In this document: piece by piece, positions 24,297-30,647 of the stretch | Numbering within the stretch: the first letter of the stretch is position 1 | Layout: every line of letters starts with the position of its first letter | Assembly: GCF_030253515.1 (NCBI RefSeq) | Contig: NZ_CP124549.1 | Span: 90,001-122,000 of the forward strand | DNA length: 32,000 nt | Source of the DNA: Candidatus Nanosynbacter lyticus | GTDB taxonomy: Bacteria; Patescibacteriota; Saccharimonadia; Saccharimonadales; Saccharimonadaceae | Reading direction: 5' to 3' | The notes under the pieces: generated by a model | What the model was told of the DNA's origin: nothing | Seen by the model: the letters and a program-made list of their open reading frames with translations, nothing else | Database searches by the model: none | Translations under genes and position numbers: made by a program

Positions 24297-25217
24297 CTAT
24301 CTGGTGTCACTGTGAAAGCGCTCGTGGACATCTTTGAGGTGCTGGTCGGTGACGTGTGTGTAAATCTGAGTCGTGGCAATATTGCTGTGGCCAAGCATTG
24401 ATTGTACCGCCCGCAGGTCTGCTCCATTCATCAGAAGGTCGGTTGCAAAGCTATGGCGCATAGTGTGCGGGCTAACGTGTTTGGTGATGCCAGCAAGCCG
24501 GGCGTAGTGTGATACCATCCGCTGGATCGAGCGAGCACTCAGCCGACGATAATCGCCGGAAACTGATGGTTTTGTTAGGCGCCTGCTATAGCTGATAAAT
24601 AGAGCCGGTAGGCTGTCACTGCGCGAATCAAGGTAGTTTTTGACATGCTCAGCAGCGGACATCGAGACAAATACCGGCCGGTCTTTCTGGCCCTTACCGC
24701 GCACCATAAACTCGCGTCGAGCGAGATTGATGTGGTCACGATTCAGGTTAACAAGCTCTGACACGCGCAGTCCGCTTGAAAACAAAAGCTCAATAATTGC
24801 GCGGTCGCGAAGGCCTGGTTCATTGTCCAATGGGATCTGCTCGATGAGCCGTACCACCTCGTCGTAGTGGAGAAATGTGACTTGTTTGCGAACGGTTTTT
24901 GGTAGGATGATCTTGTCGGCTGCCAGCGATGGAATATCTCGTTGTGATAAATACGTCAATAATCCACGTAGGGCAATTAAGTGGTAATTTTGTGTAATTA
25001 ACAACAATTCTTCACCGGTGTTGCTATTTTTATAACGGTTTAACCAGAGGCGATACTTACGAATTGTCTCTGATGTTATTTTTGCAACATCAATATCACC
25101 AGCAAAATCAATGAAGCGCTCAAGGTATAATTTGTAGTTCTCAATGGTGCGCGGACTGCGACCACCTTCAACTTCGAGATGTTCTAGGAAATCTGCTAAT
25201 GCTTCTGAGAGATACAT
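24297..25217 (-). CDS. xerC: Site-specific tyrosine recombinase, XerC/XerD family
   Basis: 306 aa. N-terminal SAM-like core-binding domain (FLEHLEVEGGRSPRTIENYKLYL). Catalytic motifs ..SGLRVSELVNL.., HTMRHSFATDLLMNGADLRAVQSMLGHSNIATTQIYTHV. XerC versus XerD cannot be distinguished by eye. Confidence 0.85.
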   Translation of the reverse strand: MYLSEALADFLEHLEVEGGRSPRTIENYKLYLERFIDFAGDIDVAKITSETIRKYRLWLNRYKNSNTGEELLLITQNYHLIALRGLLTYLSQRDIPSLAADKIILPKTVRKQVTFLHYDEVVRLIEQIPLDNEPGLRDRAIIELLFSSGLRVSELVNLNRDHINLARREFMVRGKGQKDRPVFVSMSAAEHVKNYLDSRSDSLPALFISYSRRLTKPSVSGDYRRLSARSIQRMVSHYARLAGITKHVSPHTMRHSFATDLLMNGADLRAVQSMLGHSNIATTQIYTHVTDQHLKDVHERFHSDTR

Positions 25218-25223
25218 AGTTTA

Positions 25224-25252
25224 ATTTTAACAACATCTATACCGTTTATCAA
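25224..25252 (-). promoter_or_regulatory. Promoter TTGATA-17-(TGT)TAAAAT on the - strand, 6 nt upstream of the recombinase ATG (leaderless-type)
   Basis: Reverse complement of 25247-25252 is TTGATA. Reverse complement of 25224-25232 is TGTTAAAAT. The ATG is the reverse complement of 25215-25217. Confidence 0.5.
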
Positions 25253-25300
25253 ACGAATACTTTTTGTTATGATGAAGAAAATAATACACGAAGGAGACAT

Positions 25301-25828
25301 ATGACTGAATCAAAAGAAAAGAATATGTGTGGCATTGAACGAACACTGATTGTGTTCAAGCCTGATGCAGTACAGCGGGGGATCGTCGGCGAAATCTTGC
25401 AGCGGTTTGAGCGTGTTGGCCTCAAGATTATCGGTGTCAAGATGGTTGCTCCGGGTCGTGAGCACTACTTTGCGCACTACGAAACGATTGGCAAGATGGT
25501 AACGCGTCGTGGTGAAGAAATTTTTGATATGACGCTCGATATGATGATGGATGGGCCGGTTATCGCTATGGTTCTTGAAGGAGTTGAAGCGGTTGCCGTG
25601 GTGCGTAAAATTGTTGGCCCAACCGAGCCAAAGTCTGCCGATATGGGTACGATTCGTGGTGACTATTCGCACGTTAGCTTTGGCTACGCCAACGAATGCC
25701 AAAAGGGTGTGCCGAACTTGATTCACGCATCGGGTGATCCTGACGAGGCGGCACAAGAAGTCGCCCACTGGTTTAAACCCGAAGAGTTGATGGATTATGC
25801 GACGTTAAACGAAAAGTTTACTCGGTAA
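25301..25828 (+). CDS. ndk: Nucleoside diphosphate kinase
   Basis: ERTLIVFKPDAVQRGIVGEILQRFERVGLKIIGVKMV, ..GPTEPKSADMGTIRGDY.., NLIHASGD (active-site His). SD GAAGGAG precedes the ATG. 175 aa, longer than the usual ~140-150 aa owing to an internal insertion and a C-terminal tail. Confidence 0.88.
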   Translation: MTESKEKNMCGIERTLIVFKPDAVQRGIVGEILQRFERVGLKIIGVKMVAPGREHYFAHYETIGKMVTRRGEEIFDMTLDMMMDGPVIAMVLEGVEAVAVVRKIVGPTEPKSADMGTIRGDYSHVSFGYANECQKGVPNLIHASGDPDEAAQEVAHWFKPEELMDYATLNEKFTR

Positions 25829-25847
25829 CATTTGTCGCGACCGACGA

Positions 25848-25880
25848 CCACCCGTGTTATAATTAACACGGGTGGTTTTT
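25848..25880 (+). terminator. Rho-independent terminator of ndk
   Basis: Perfect 12-bp stem CCACCCGUGUUA (25848-25859) / UAACACGGGUGG (25864-25875), 4-nt loop, UUUUU 25876-25880. Confidence 0.8.
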
Positions 25881-25886
25881 ATGTGT

Positions 25887-25963
25887 GCCTCGGTAGCTCA
25901 ACTGGATAGAGCAGATCCGTCCTAAGGATAAGGTTGTAGGTTCAACTCCTGCCCGGGGTACCA
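25887..25963 (+). tRNA. tRNA-Arg (anticodon CCT), CCA encoded
   Basis: Hand-folded cloverleaf. Acceptor GCCTCGG/CCGGGGT (two G-U pairs). D arm GCTC-AACTGGATA-GAGC. Anticodon arm GATCC-GTCCTAA-GGATA (27:43 G-A mismatch). Variable loop AGGTT. T arm GTAGG-TTCAACT-CCTGC. Discriminator A, then CCA. Confidence 0.85.
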
Positions 25964-25970
25964 AAGAATT

Positions 25971-26504
25971 ATGACGAAGAAAGCCAAATCAGATAAATCA
26001 TTTGATGGCCAGCGCGATGGCGAGGAGTTGCTGTTTGTGTTTCGTCGGCATATTATTGCTATGCGTAAGGGTTTTTATCTATTACTCATCCCAATGACGA
26101 TTGGCGCGCTGCCGTATCTTATTTGGCAGGATAATCTCAATCTTTTATGGGTATTTCTCGGTAGCTTCATCTTTGGGCTCGTTCTGTTCAGCTATCATTT
26201 TTTAATGTGGTTCTACACATATTACATTGTAACGAACCAGCGACTTCGCCAGATAACGCAGCATGGTTTTTTTGGTAAGGATGTAATTGAACTTAAACTA
26301 GCGAAAGTCCAGAATATCAGTTATGTCGTGCCTGGTTTTACGGGCGAAATGTTCAAATTTGGTACAATAGTTATTCAGACGTTTGTCGGGGACCTTGTCA
26401 TTAAAAATGTCGAGCACCCAGATGAGATTTATAATAAGCTGCAAGATGCGGTGGACCTTGCTGCTGAAAGGAGTGATCATGCTAAAGAAGACAACGAAGG
26501 TTAA
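25971..26504 (+). CDS. Membrane protein with bacterial PH (YdbS/YdbT-like) domain
   Basis: 177 aa. GEELLFVFRRHIIAMRKGF followed by two TM helices and a beta-rich domain (YIVTNQRLRQITQHGFFGKDVIELKLAKVQNISY..GTIVIQT), typical of bPH_2/DUF304 proteins. The ATG is 7 nt after the tRNA-Arg CCA. Confidence 0.55.
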   Translation: MTKKAKSDKSFDGQRDGEELLFVFRRHIIAMRKGFYLLLIPMTIGALPYLIWQDNLNLLWVFLGSFIFGLVLFSYHFLMWFYTYYIVTNQRLRQITQHGFFGKDVIELKLAKVQNISYVVPGFTGEMFKFGTIVIQTFVGDLVIKNVEHPDEIYNKLQDAVDLAAERSDHAKEDNEG

Positions 26505-27501
26505 GAAAAAGGACAAACGCTCACTGCCGTCACGGATTACTAATGATACCGTCGCGGAGCATCGCGAGAAGGTGCTGGCCGGTGGGCGCAAACACAAGTA
26601 TCCGATACAGTACTCCAAGCATAAACTAGTCTGGAACACGATTTTTATTAGTATCGCTGGGCTCGTGACAGTGATAGTCCTGTTATACCTGCAGCTCTAT
26701 GTTTGGAAGGACACGAGCGATTTGGCATATCGTATTACTAAAATTTTGCCACTGCCGGCCGGTTCAGTTGAAGGGGAATTTGTGCGCTATAGTGATTATT
26801 TACTATATAACCGCGGTAATATGGCGGTGCTTAAGACTCAGGGTCAAGATCAGGCTGGTGATAAAGTCGCTTTTCAGCGGCAGCGGGCCATGAACCAAGC
26901 GGTGCAGGATGCATATGTGCGTAAGCTAGCGAGAGAAAGGGGTATATCAGTTGATGATCGAAAAGTTGATGAAGAGATGGACCGCCAGCAAAAGGATGCC
27001 GGCCTGTCAAAAGAAGCCTACCGTTCGGCGGTAAAAGATATGATTGGCTGGTCGCTTGATGAGGCGCGTGATGGCATTAGGGCATCGCTGCTGCGCTGGG
27101 AAGTATCGTTTGCCGTTGATGAAGCGGCGGCCAACCTTGTTAAGGAAGTTGAAACACAGCTCAAGGCCGGTAAATCGTTGACCGATGTCGCGGCGGCGTT
27201 AGGCGAACGAGTACAAGTAATGCCAGAGACTGTTGTTCCGAAGACCAACAAAGACGGTGGCTTGACCGAGGTGGCGATTAGAACCGCAGATGGCACGATC
27301 TCTGGGGTTATTAAGCCGCTCGGTGGCGATGGCTACTACTTTGTTCAGCCACGCTCACGGGATAACGGTTCAATCACCTACTCATACCTCAAGATTCCAT
27401 TGACGACATTTAAAGCTAATTTTGATAAGTTGATCAATGACAAGAAAGTTACCTATTACGTTCATCTTGATCAGCCAGCCGAACAAAAGTCTGGTGAGTA
27501 G
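26479..27501 (+). CDS. Membrane-anchored protein with SurA-N/PpiD-like chaperone-type region (putative)
   Basis: ATG 26479 is preceded by AAAGGAG (26467-26473). Lys-rich N-terminus, TM helix VWNTIFISIAGLVTVIVLLYL, then PAGSVEGEFVRYSDYL... and helical repeats reminiscent of SurA N-terminal domains. No PPIase motif seen. The ORF-track start 26383 was rejected. Confidence 0.4.
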   Translation: MLKKTTKVKKKDKRSLPSRITNDTVAEHREKVLAGGRKHKYPIQYSKHKLVWNTIFISIAGLVTVIVLLYLQLYVWKDTSDLAYRITKILPLPAGSVEGEFVRYSDYLLYNRGNMAVLKTQGQDQAGDKVAFQRQRAMNQAVQDAYVRKLARERGISVDDRKVDEEMDRQQKDAGLSKEAYRSAVKDMIGWSLDEARDGIRASLLRWEVSFAVDEAAANLVKEVETQLKAGKSLTDVAAALGERVQVMPETVVPKTNKDGGLTEVAIRTADGTISGVIKPLGGDGYYFVQPRSRDNGSITYSYLKIPLTTFKANFDKLINDKKVTYYVHLDQPAEQKSGE

Positions 27502-27531
27502 AAATAGCCTCCGGCCTGCTCGTCATCATCT

Positions 27532-27560
27532 TTGCGAAAGCCTCACTCATCTGCTATAAT
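27532..27560 (+). promoter_or_regulatory. Promoter TTGCGA-17-TATAAT driving tRNA-Thr and probably the downstream genes
   Basis: TTGCGA 27532-27537, 17-nt spacer, TATAAT 27555-27560. The tRNA begins at 27575. Confidence 0.55.
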
Positions 27561-27574
27561 TCTTGGGGAGACAT

Positions 27575-27650
27575 GCCGCTGTAGCTCAGTTGGTAGAGCG
27601 GCGCTTTCGTAAAGCGTAGGTCACCGGTTCGAATCCGGTCAGCGGCTCCA
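27575..27650 (+). tRNA. tRNA-Thr (anticodon CGT), CCA encoded, discriminator U73
   Basis: Cloverleaf. Acceptor GCCGCTG/CAGCGGC. D arm GCTC-AGTTGGTA-GAGC. Anticodon arm GCGCT-TTCGTAA-AGCGT. Variable loop AGGTC. T arm ACCGG-TTCGAAT-CCGGT. Discriminator T, then CCA. Confidence 0.93.
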
Positions 27651-27657
27651 GAACAGC

Positions 27658-28035
27658 ATGAAGAACCATATTACAAACACATTACGACAGATAATGAAAG
27701 ACCGCTGGCTACTTGGTCTTGTTATTGTTAACATCTTACTAGCGTCAATAATTATTATCTCCTTTGCTGTTACTATCAAGCCTAAAGAAACCCAAGTTAT
27801 TGTTCAGCATAGTGCATTTAGTGTGACGGGGCTTTATCGTGGTCACTGGTATTCGCTTTGGACGTATGGCGTGTTGCAGCTTATGATTACGGTTGGGCAC
27901 ATCATATTGAGCGCTAAGCTTGCTGTGGTACAGCGTCGAGACTTAGCACTGGCACTTCTTTGGCTCACAATCGCTATATCAGTTATACTAGCACTGTTTG
28001 CTTACTCAATAATCGTAATCGCGTCGGTGGTGTAG
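27658..28035 (+). CDS. Hypothetical small integral membrane protein (3 predicted TM helices)
   Basis: 125 aa with hydrophobic segments LLGLVIVNILLASIIIISFAV, YGVLQLMITVGHIILSAKL and LALALLWLTIAISVILALFAYSIIVIA. The ATG is 7 nt after the tRNA-Thr CCA and the gene ends 4 nt before the GT2 gene. Confidence 0.5.
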   Translation: MKNHITNTLRQIMKDRWLLGLVIVNILLASIIIISFAVTIKPKETQVIVQHSAFSVTGLYRGHWYSLWTYGVLQLMITVGHIILSAKLAVVQRRDLALALLWLTIAISVILALFAYSIIVIASVV

Positions 28036-28039
28036 AATT

Positions 28040-29722
28040 ATGGATATAGAAATACCACTTGGTAAACGAAAGCCGCTCTATCGATTTCTAGAGATTCTGC
28101 CGGGTCTGTTGAGCTATGGTGCAATTATTCTTCTTGTCATATTGTCGATTTTTAGTCCACTGCTTGCGTCACTCTATCTGCTTATTATCATCCTGTCGAT
28201 GATGGTGCGCGTGGTTGGTATTACCTATCATATGGTCGCTGGCCGTGCCAGGATGGATAAGGCGTGTCTGATCAATTGGCATGCGCGTCTTGAAGATCTC
28301 GAAGATCCGCAGGCGGTATATGCACGTATTCGTGACCAGCGACAGAAGGAGGTCGGCTTTGCAGAGCACAAAGAAAACTTACGTCTCATTGCTTCTGCAC
28401 AGCCAGGGTTTTTCCCGAAACCATCTGAAATTTATAATGCAGTCATCATGCCAGCCTATAATGAGAGCATTGAGGTAATCGAACCAGCCATTCAAGCAGT
28501 AATCGCTACTACGTATGATAAAAAGCGTATGATTATGGTATTTGCGTATGAAGAGCGAGGCGGTAAGGATATCGACACGACCGCCAAGACACTGCAAAAA
28601 CGCTATGGCAAGTATTTTCACGCCTTTCATATCGTCAAGCATCCAAAAGACATTCCGAATGAGGTGATCGGCAAGGGTGGCAATATTACACATGCCGGGC
28701 GCTGGCTGAAGGGGTGGCTTGAGAAGCAGCATATTCCGTACGGTAATGTTATTGTCACGACGATGGACTGTGATAATAAGCCACATGAAACCTACTTTGA
28801 CTACCTGACATACGAATATATCGTCCGCGAGGACCGTAAGCACTACTCGTATCAACCGGTTTGCCTATTTACTAGTAATATTTGGGATGTGCCGGCGCCG
28901 ATGCGTGTGGTCGCGACGGGTAACTCATTCTGGAATATTATTAGCTCAATGCGCCCTCATTCGCTACGTAATTTTGCTTCACATGCTCAGCCGATGGATG
29001 CGCTCGTTGAGATGGACTTCTGGAGTGTTCGAACGATCGTCGAAGACGGCCACCAGTATTGGCGCAGCTACTTCTATTTTGGTGGTAACTACGGGGTCGT
29101 GCCACTCCATGTACCGATTTATCAAGACGCGGTATTGTCAGCTACGTATATAAAAACGCTCAAAGCGCAGTTTATCCAGTTTCGTCGTTGGGCGTATGGG
29201 GCATCTGATGTTGCGTATGTTGGTGAACGGGTCTTTACTAAGCAGCGTAATGTACCATTTTGGGCTGGTTTCTCACGGTTTGTGCGGCTACTTGATGGGA
29301 ATGTGACATTAGCCTGCAATTCGGTTCTAGTTGCTTTTGGTGGCTGGGTGCCGCTTATTGTTAATGCCGAGGCAGCTCGTAGTGTCGCCGCGCATCAATT
29401 GCCTGATACGGTGAGTACGCTGCAGCAAATTGCGTTGATTGGTATGGCGATAGCGATTTTTAGTGCTTTCAAGATTTTACCACCGCGTCCAGTTCGCTAC
29501 ACGCGACGTCGAAGTGTCTGGATGCTTTTACAATGGGTACTAATGCCAGTGACGTCTATTGTCTATAGCTCTGCTGCGGCGTTTGCCGCGCAGACTCGCC
29601 TGTTAGTCGGGCGATATCTCGATAAGTTTGACGTCACCGAAAAAGCCACAGCGGCGATTAACGCTCGCCAGAGGGCGGCTGCACGTAAACGGTCGAAGAC
29701 CTCCCGCGTCGTCGAGAAGTGA
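28040..29722 (+). CDS. Membrane-embedded family-2 glycosyltransferase, processive synthase type (cellulose/chitin/hyaluronan-synthase-like)
   Basis: 560 aa. Two N-terminal TM helices, then GT-A motifs in canonical order: AVIMPAYNES, TTMDCDNKP (DxD), IVEDGHQYW (TED-like), QFRRWAYG (QxxRW). C-terminal TM helices follow. Confidence 0.75.
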   Translation: MDIEIPLGKRKPLYRFLEILPGLLSYGAIILLVILSIFSPLLASLYLLIIILSMMVRVVGITYHMVAGRARMDKACLINWHARLEDLEDPQAVYARIRDQRQKEVGFAEHKENLRLIASAQPGFFPKPSEIYNAVIMPAYNESIEVIEPAIQAVIATTYDKKRMIMVFAYEERGGKDIDTTAKTLQKRYGKYFHAFHIVKHPKDIPNEVIGKGGNITHAGRWLKGWLEKQHIPYGNVIVTTMDCDNKPHETYFDYLTYEYIVREDRKHYSYQPVCLFTSNIWDVPAPMRVVATGNSFWNIISSMRPHSLRNFASHAQPMDALVEMDFWSVRTIVEDGHQYWRSYFYFGGNYGVVPLHVPIYQDAVLSATYIKTLKAQFIQFRRWAYGASDVAYVGERVFTKQRNVPFWAGFSRFVRLLDGNVTLACNSVLVAFGGWVPLIVNAEAARSVAAHQLPDTVSTLQQIALIGMAIAIFSAFKILPPRPVRYTRRRSVWMLLQWVLMPVTSIVYSSAAAFAAQTRLLVGRYLDKFDVTEKATAAINARQRAAARKRSKTSRVVEK

Positions 29723-30122
29723 TGAGGCGGTGCTGAGCGGCATACTGGAGTGCCGCTACTGGATCGTAGCGTTGGAGAATCATGTGTGTTATTTGAGTGA
29801 TGATTTGTGTAGATAGCGGCTTACCTTGCTTGATAATCTGTTGCTGCACAGTTTGTGCAAGGAAGTAGCTATCATGTGCTGCAGCATGCTTATTATGTTG
29901 AAAGCTACGGCTAATGCTTATGATGAGCTTTCCTAAATTGAAAGGGGTGGTTGACCCGTCGTGTGTTAGCACCATGCGCCCGTCTAGCGTAGCTTGTTCG
30001 TATGTCGTAAAGACTGCGCCACATTCTGGACAGGCCCGTCGCCGCCAGACGCTGGGGTGTTTCGTGTGCTTGCGGGAGTTTTTTGTAGTAGTTTTATCGT
30101 GAAAACAATTTATACAAATCAT
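29658..30122 (-). CDS. nrdR: Transcriptional repressor NrdR (zinc ribbon plus ATP-cone)
   Basis: 154 aa. MICINCFHDKTTTKNSRKH...WRRRACPECGAVFTTYE is the NrdR CxxC...CxxC zinc ribbon with the RRR.C context. It is followed by an ATP-cone-like DGSTTPFNLGKLIISISRSF. The 3' end overlaps the convergent GT2 gene by 65 nt. Confidence 0.8.
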   Translation of the reverse strand: MICINCFHDKTTTKNSRKHTKHPSVWRRRACPECGAVFTTYEQATLDGRMVLTHDGSTTPFNLGKLIISISRSFQHNKHAAAHDSYFLAQTVQQQIIKQGKPLSTQIITQITHMILQRYDPVAALQYAAQHRLITSRRRGRSSTVYVQPPSGER

Positions 30123-30189
30123 ATCAATATATTGACATATCGCTATAAAAAATACTAGTGGAAAAGTATATAAAAATGTGTAAAATAGA

Positions 30190-30220
30190 AAAAACTAAAA
30201 ACCCTCCGCACTGCGAGGGT
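30190..30220 (-). terminator. Rho-independent terminator following tRNA-Val (- strand)
   Basis: On the - strand: ACCCUCGCAGUGCGGAGGGU hairpin (30201-30220) followed by UUUUAGUUUU (30200-30191). Confidence 0.65.
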
Positions 30221-30232
30221 TGTATGCAATAA

Positions 30233-30309
30233 TGGTGGGCAATAGAGGATTCGAACCTCTCACCTCTTCAACGTCAATGAAGCGCTCTAGCCAAATGAGC
30301 TAATCGCCC
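30233..30309 (-). tRNA. tRNA-Val (anticodon GAC), CCA encoded
   Basis: The reverse complement folds as follows. Acceptor GGGCGAT/ATTGCCC. D arm GCTC-ATTTGGCTA-GAGC. Anticodon arm CTTCA-TTGACGT-TGAAG. Variable loop AGGTG. T arm AGAGG-TTCGAAT-CCTCT. Discriminator A, then CCA. Confidence 0.92.
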
Positions 30310-30320
30310 GACTATTGTCA

Positions 30321-30349
30321 ATAATAGCAGGAATTAGTGGTGAATGCAA
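30321..30349 (-). promoter_or_regulatory. Promoter TTGCAT-17-TATTAT on the - strand for tRNA-Val
   Basis: Reverse complement of 30344-30349 is TTGCAT. Reverse complement of 30321-30326 is TATTAT. 17-nt spacer, and the tRNA starts 11 nt downstream. Confidence 0.5.
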
Positions 30350-30460
30350 TTACCTCTTGCGGAGAGCGTAGGGGTTGGCCGTCATGTCGTTTCTTGGTGT
30401 AGTATTACGGATCCGCTACCTAGTCCATGCGTCGTAAGGGTTGCCCGGAACTTTTAACTA

Positions 30461-30626
30461 TGATACGGTGAGAATAGCAAGGACAGAGACTAACCACCTC
30501 TCGAGCAACGTGAAAGCGGTTGCGGCGCACGAAACCAGCCGGAGCAAGAGTCATCGCCAAGGTGGAACCTCCTGGCTCGTCCCCAGGACCGAGGCACGCA
30601 CGCTATACGCGTTGGGCGTGCTTTTA
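30461..30626 (+). promoter_or_regulatory. T-box riboswitch leader (Thr, specifier ACC) with antiterminator/terminator switch upstream of thrS
   Basis: Antiterminator: helix A1 (30556-30558, 30561-30562 / 30589-30590, 30593-30595), 7-nt bulge UGGAACC (30563-30569), helix A2 UCCUGG/CCAGGA (30570-30575 / 30583-30588). Terminator: GCACGCACGC...GCGU(UGG)GCGUGC 30594-30621 plus UUUU. Upstream Stem-I-like elements: AGAGA 30485-30489, GCAAC-GUGAAAGCG-GUUGC 30505-30523, GAA-ACC-A 30531-30537. Confidence 0.68.
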
Positions 30627-30647
30627 TAATTACTTAAAGGAGGTTTT

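Noticed and set aside
24297-25963. A tyrosine recombinase close to a tRNA gene, considered as the edge of an integrative mobile element.
   Set aside because: The recombinase has the Xer-type domain layout and motifs. It is separated from tRNA-Arg by ndk. I saw no direct repeat of the tRNA 3' end, and the flanking genes are housekeeping with uniform composition.
30124-30135. Perfect 12-bp palindrome TCAATATATTGA abutting the nrdR start codon, considered as an autoregulatory NrdR box.
   Set aside because: It is shorter than, and differs from, the 16-bp NrdR-box consensus as I recall it, and no second box sits at the usual ~31-bp spacing. It is better explained as the TGTCAATAT extended -10 of a leaderless nrdR promoter in AT-rich DNA.
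30350-30460. An unexplained ~110 nt between the tRNA-Val promoter and the T-box Stem I region. Checked by eye for RNase P, tmRNA, SRP or 6S RNA hallmarks and for a convincing thrS promoter.
   Set aside because: None of the conserved motifs (GAAAGUCC, GGAAGCAGCC, tRNA-like 3' end) is present. Only weak promoter candidates were found (TAGTAT at 30400-30405, TATGAT at 30459-30464 without a good -35). Left unassigned.
30441-30629. 62-aa + strand ORF upstream of thrS.
   Set aside because: It coincides with the T-box leader (Stem I elements, antiterminator, terminator). It has no SD, and its translation is Arg/Ser/Thr-rich without features.
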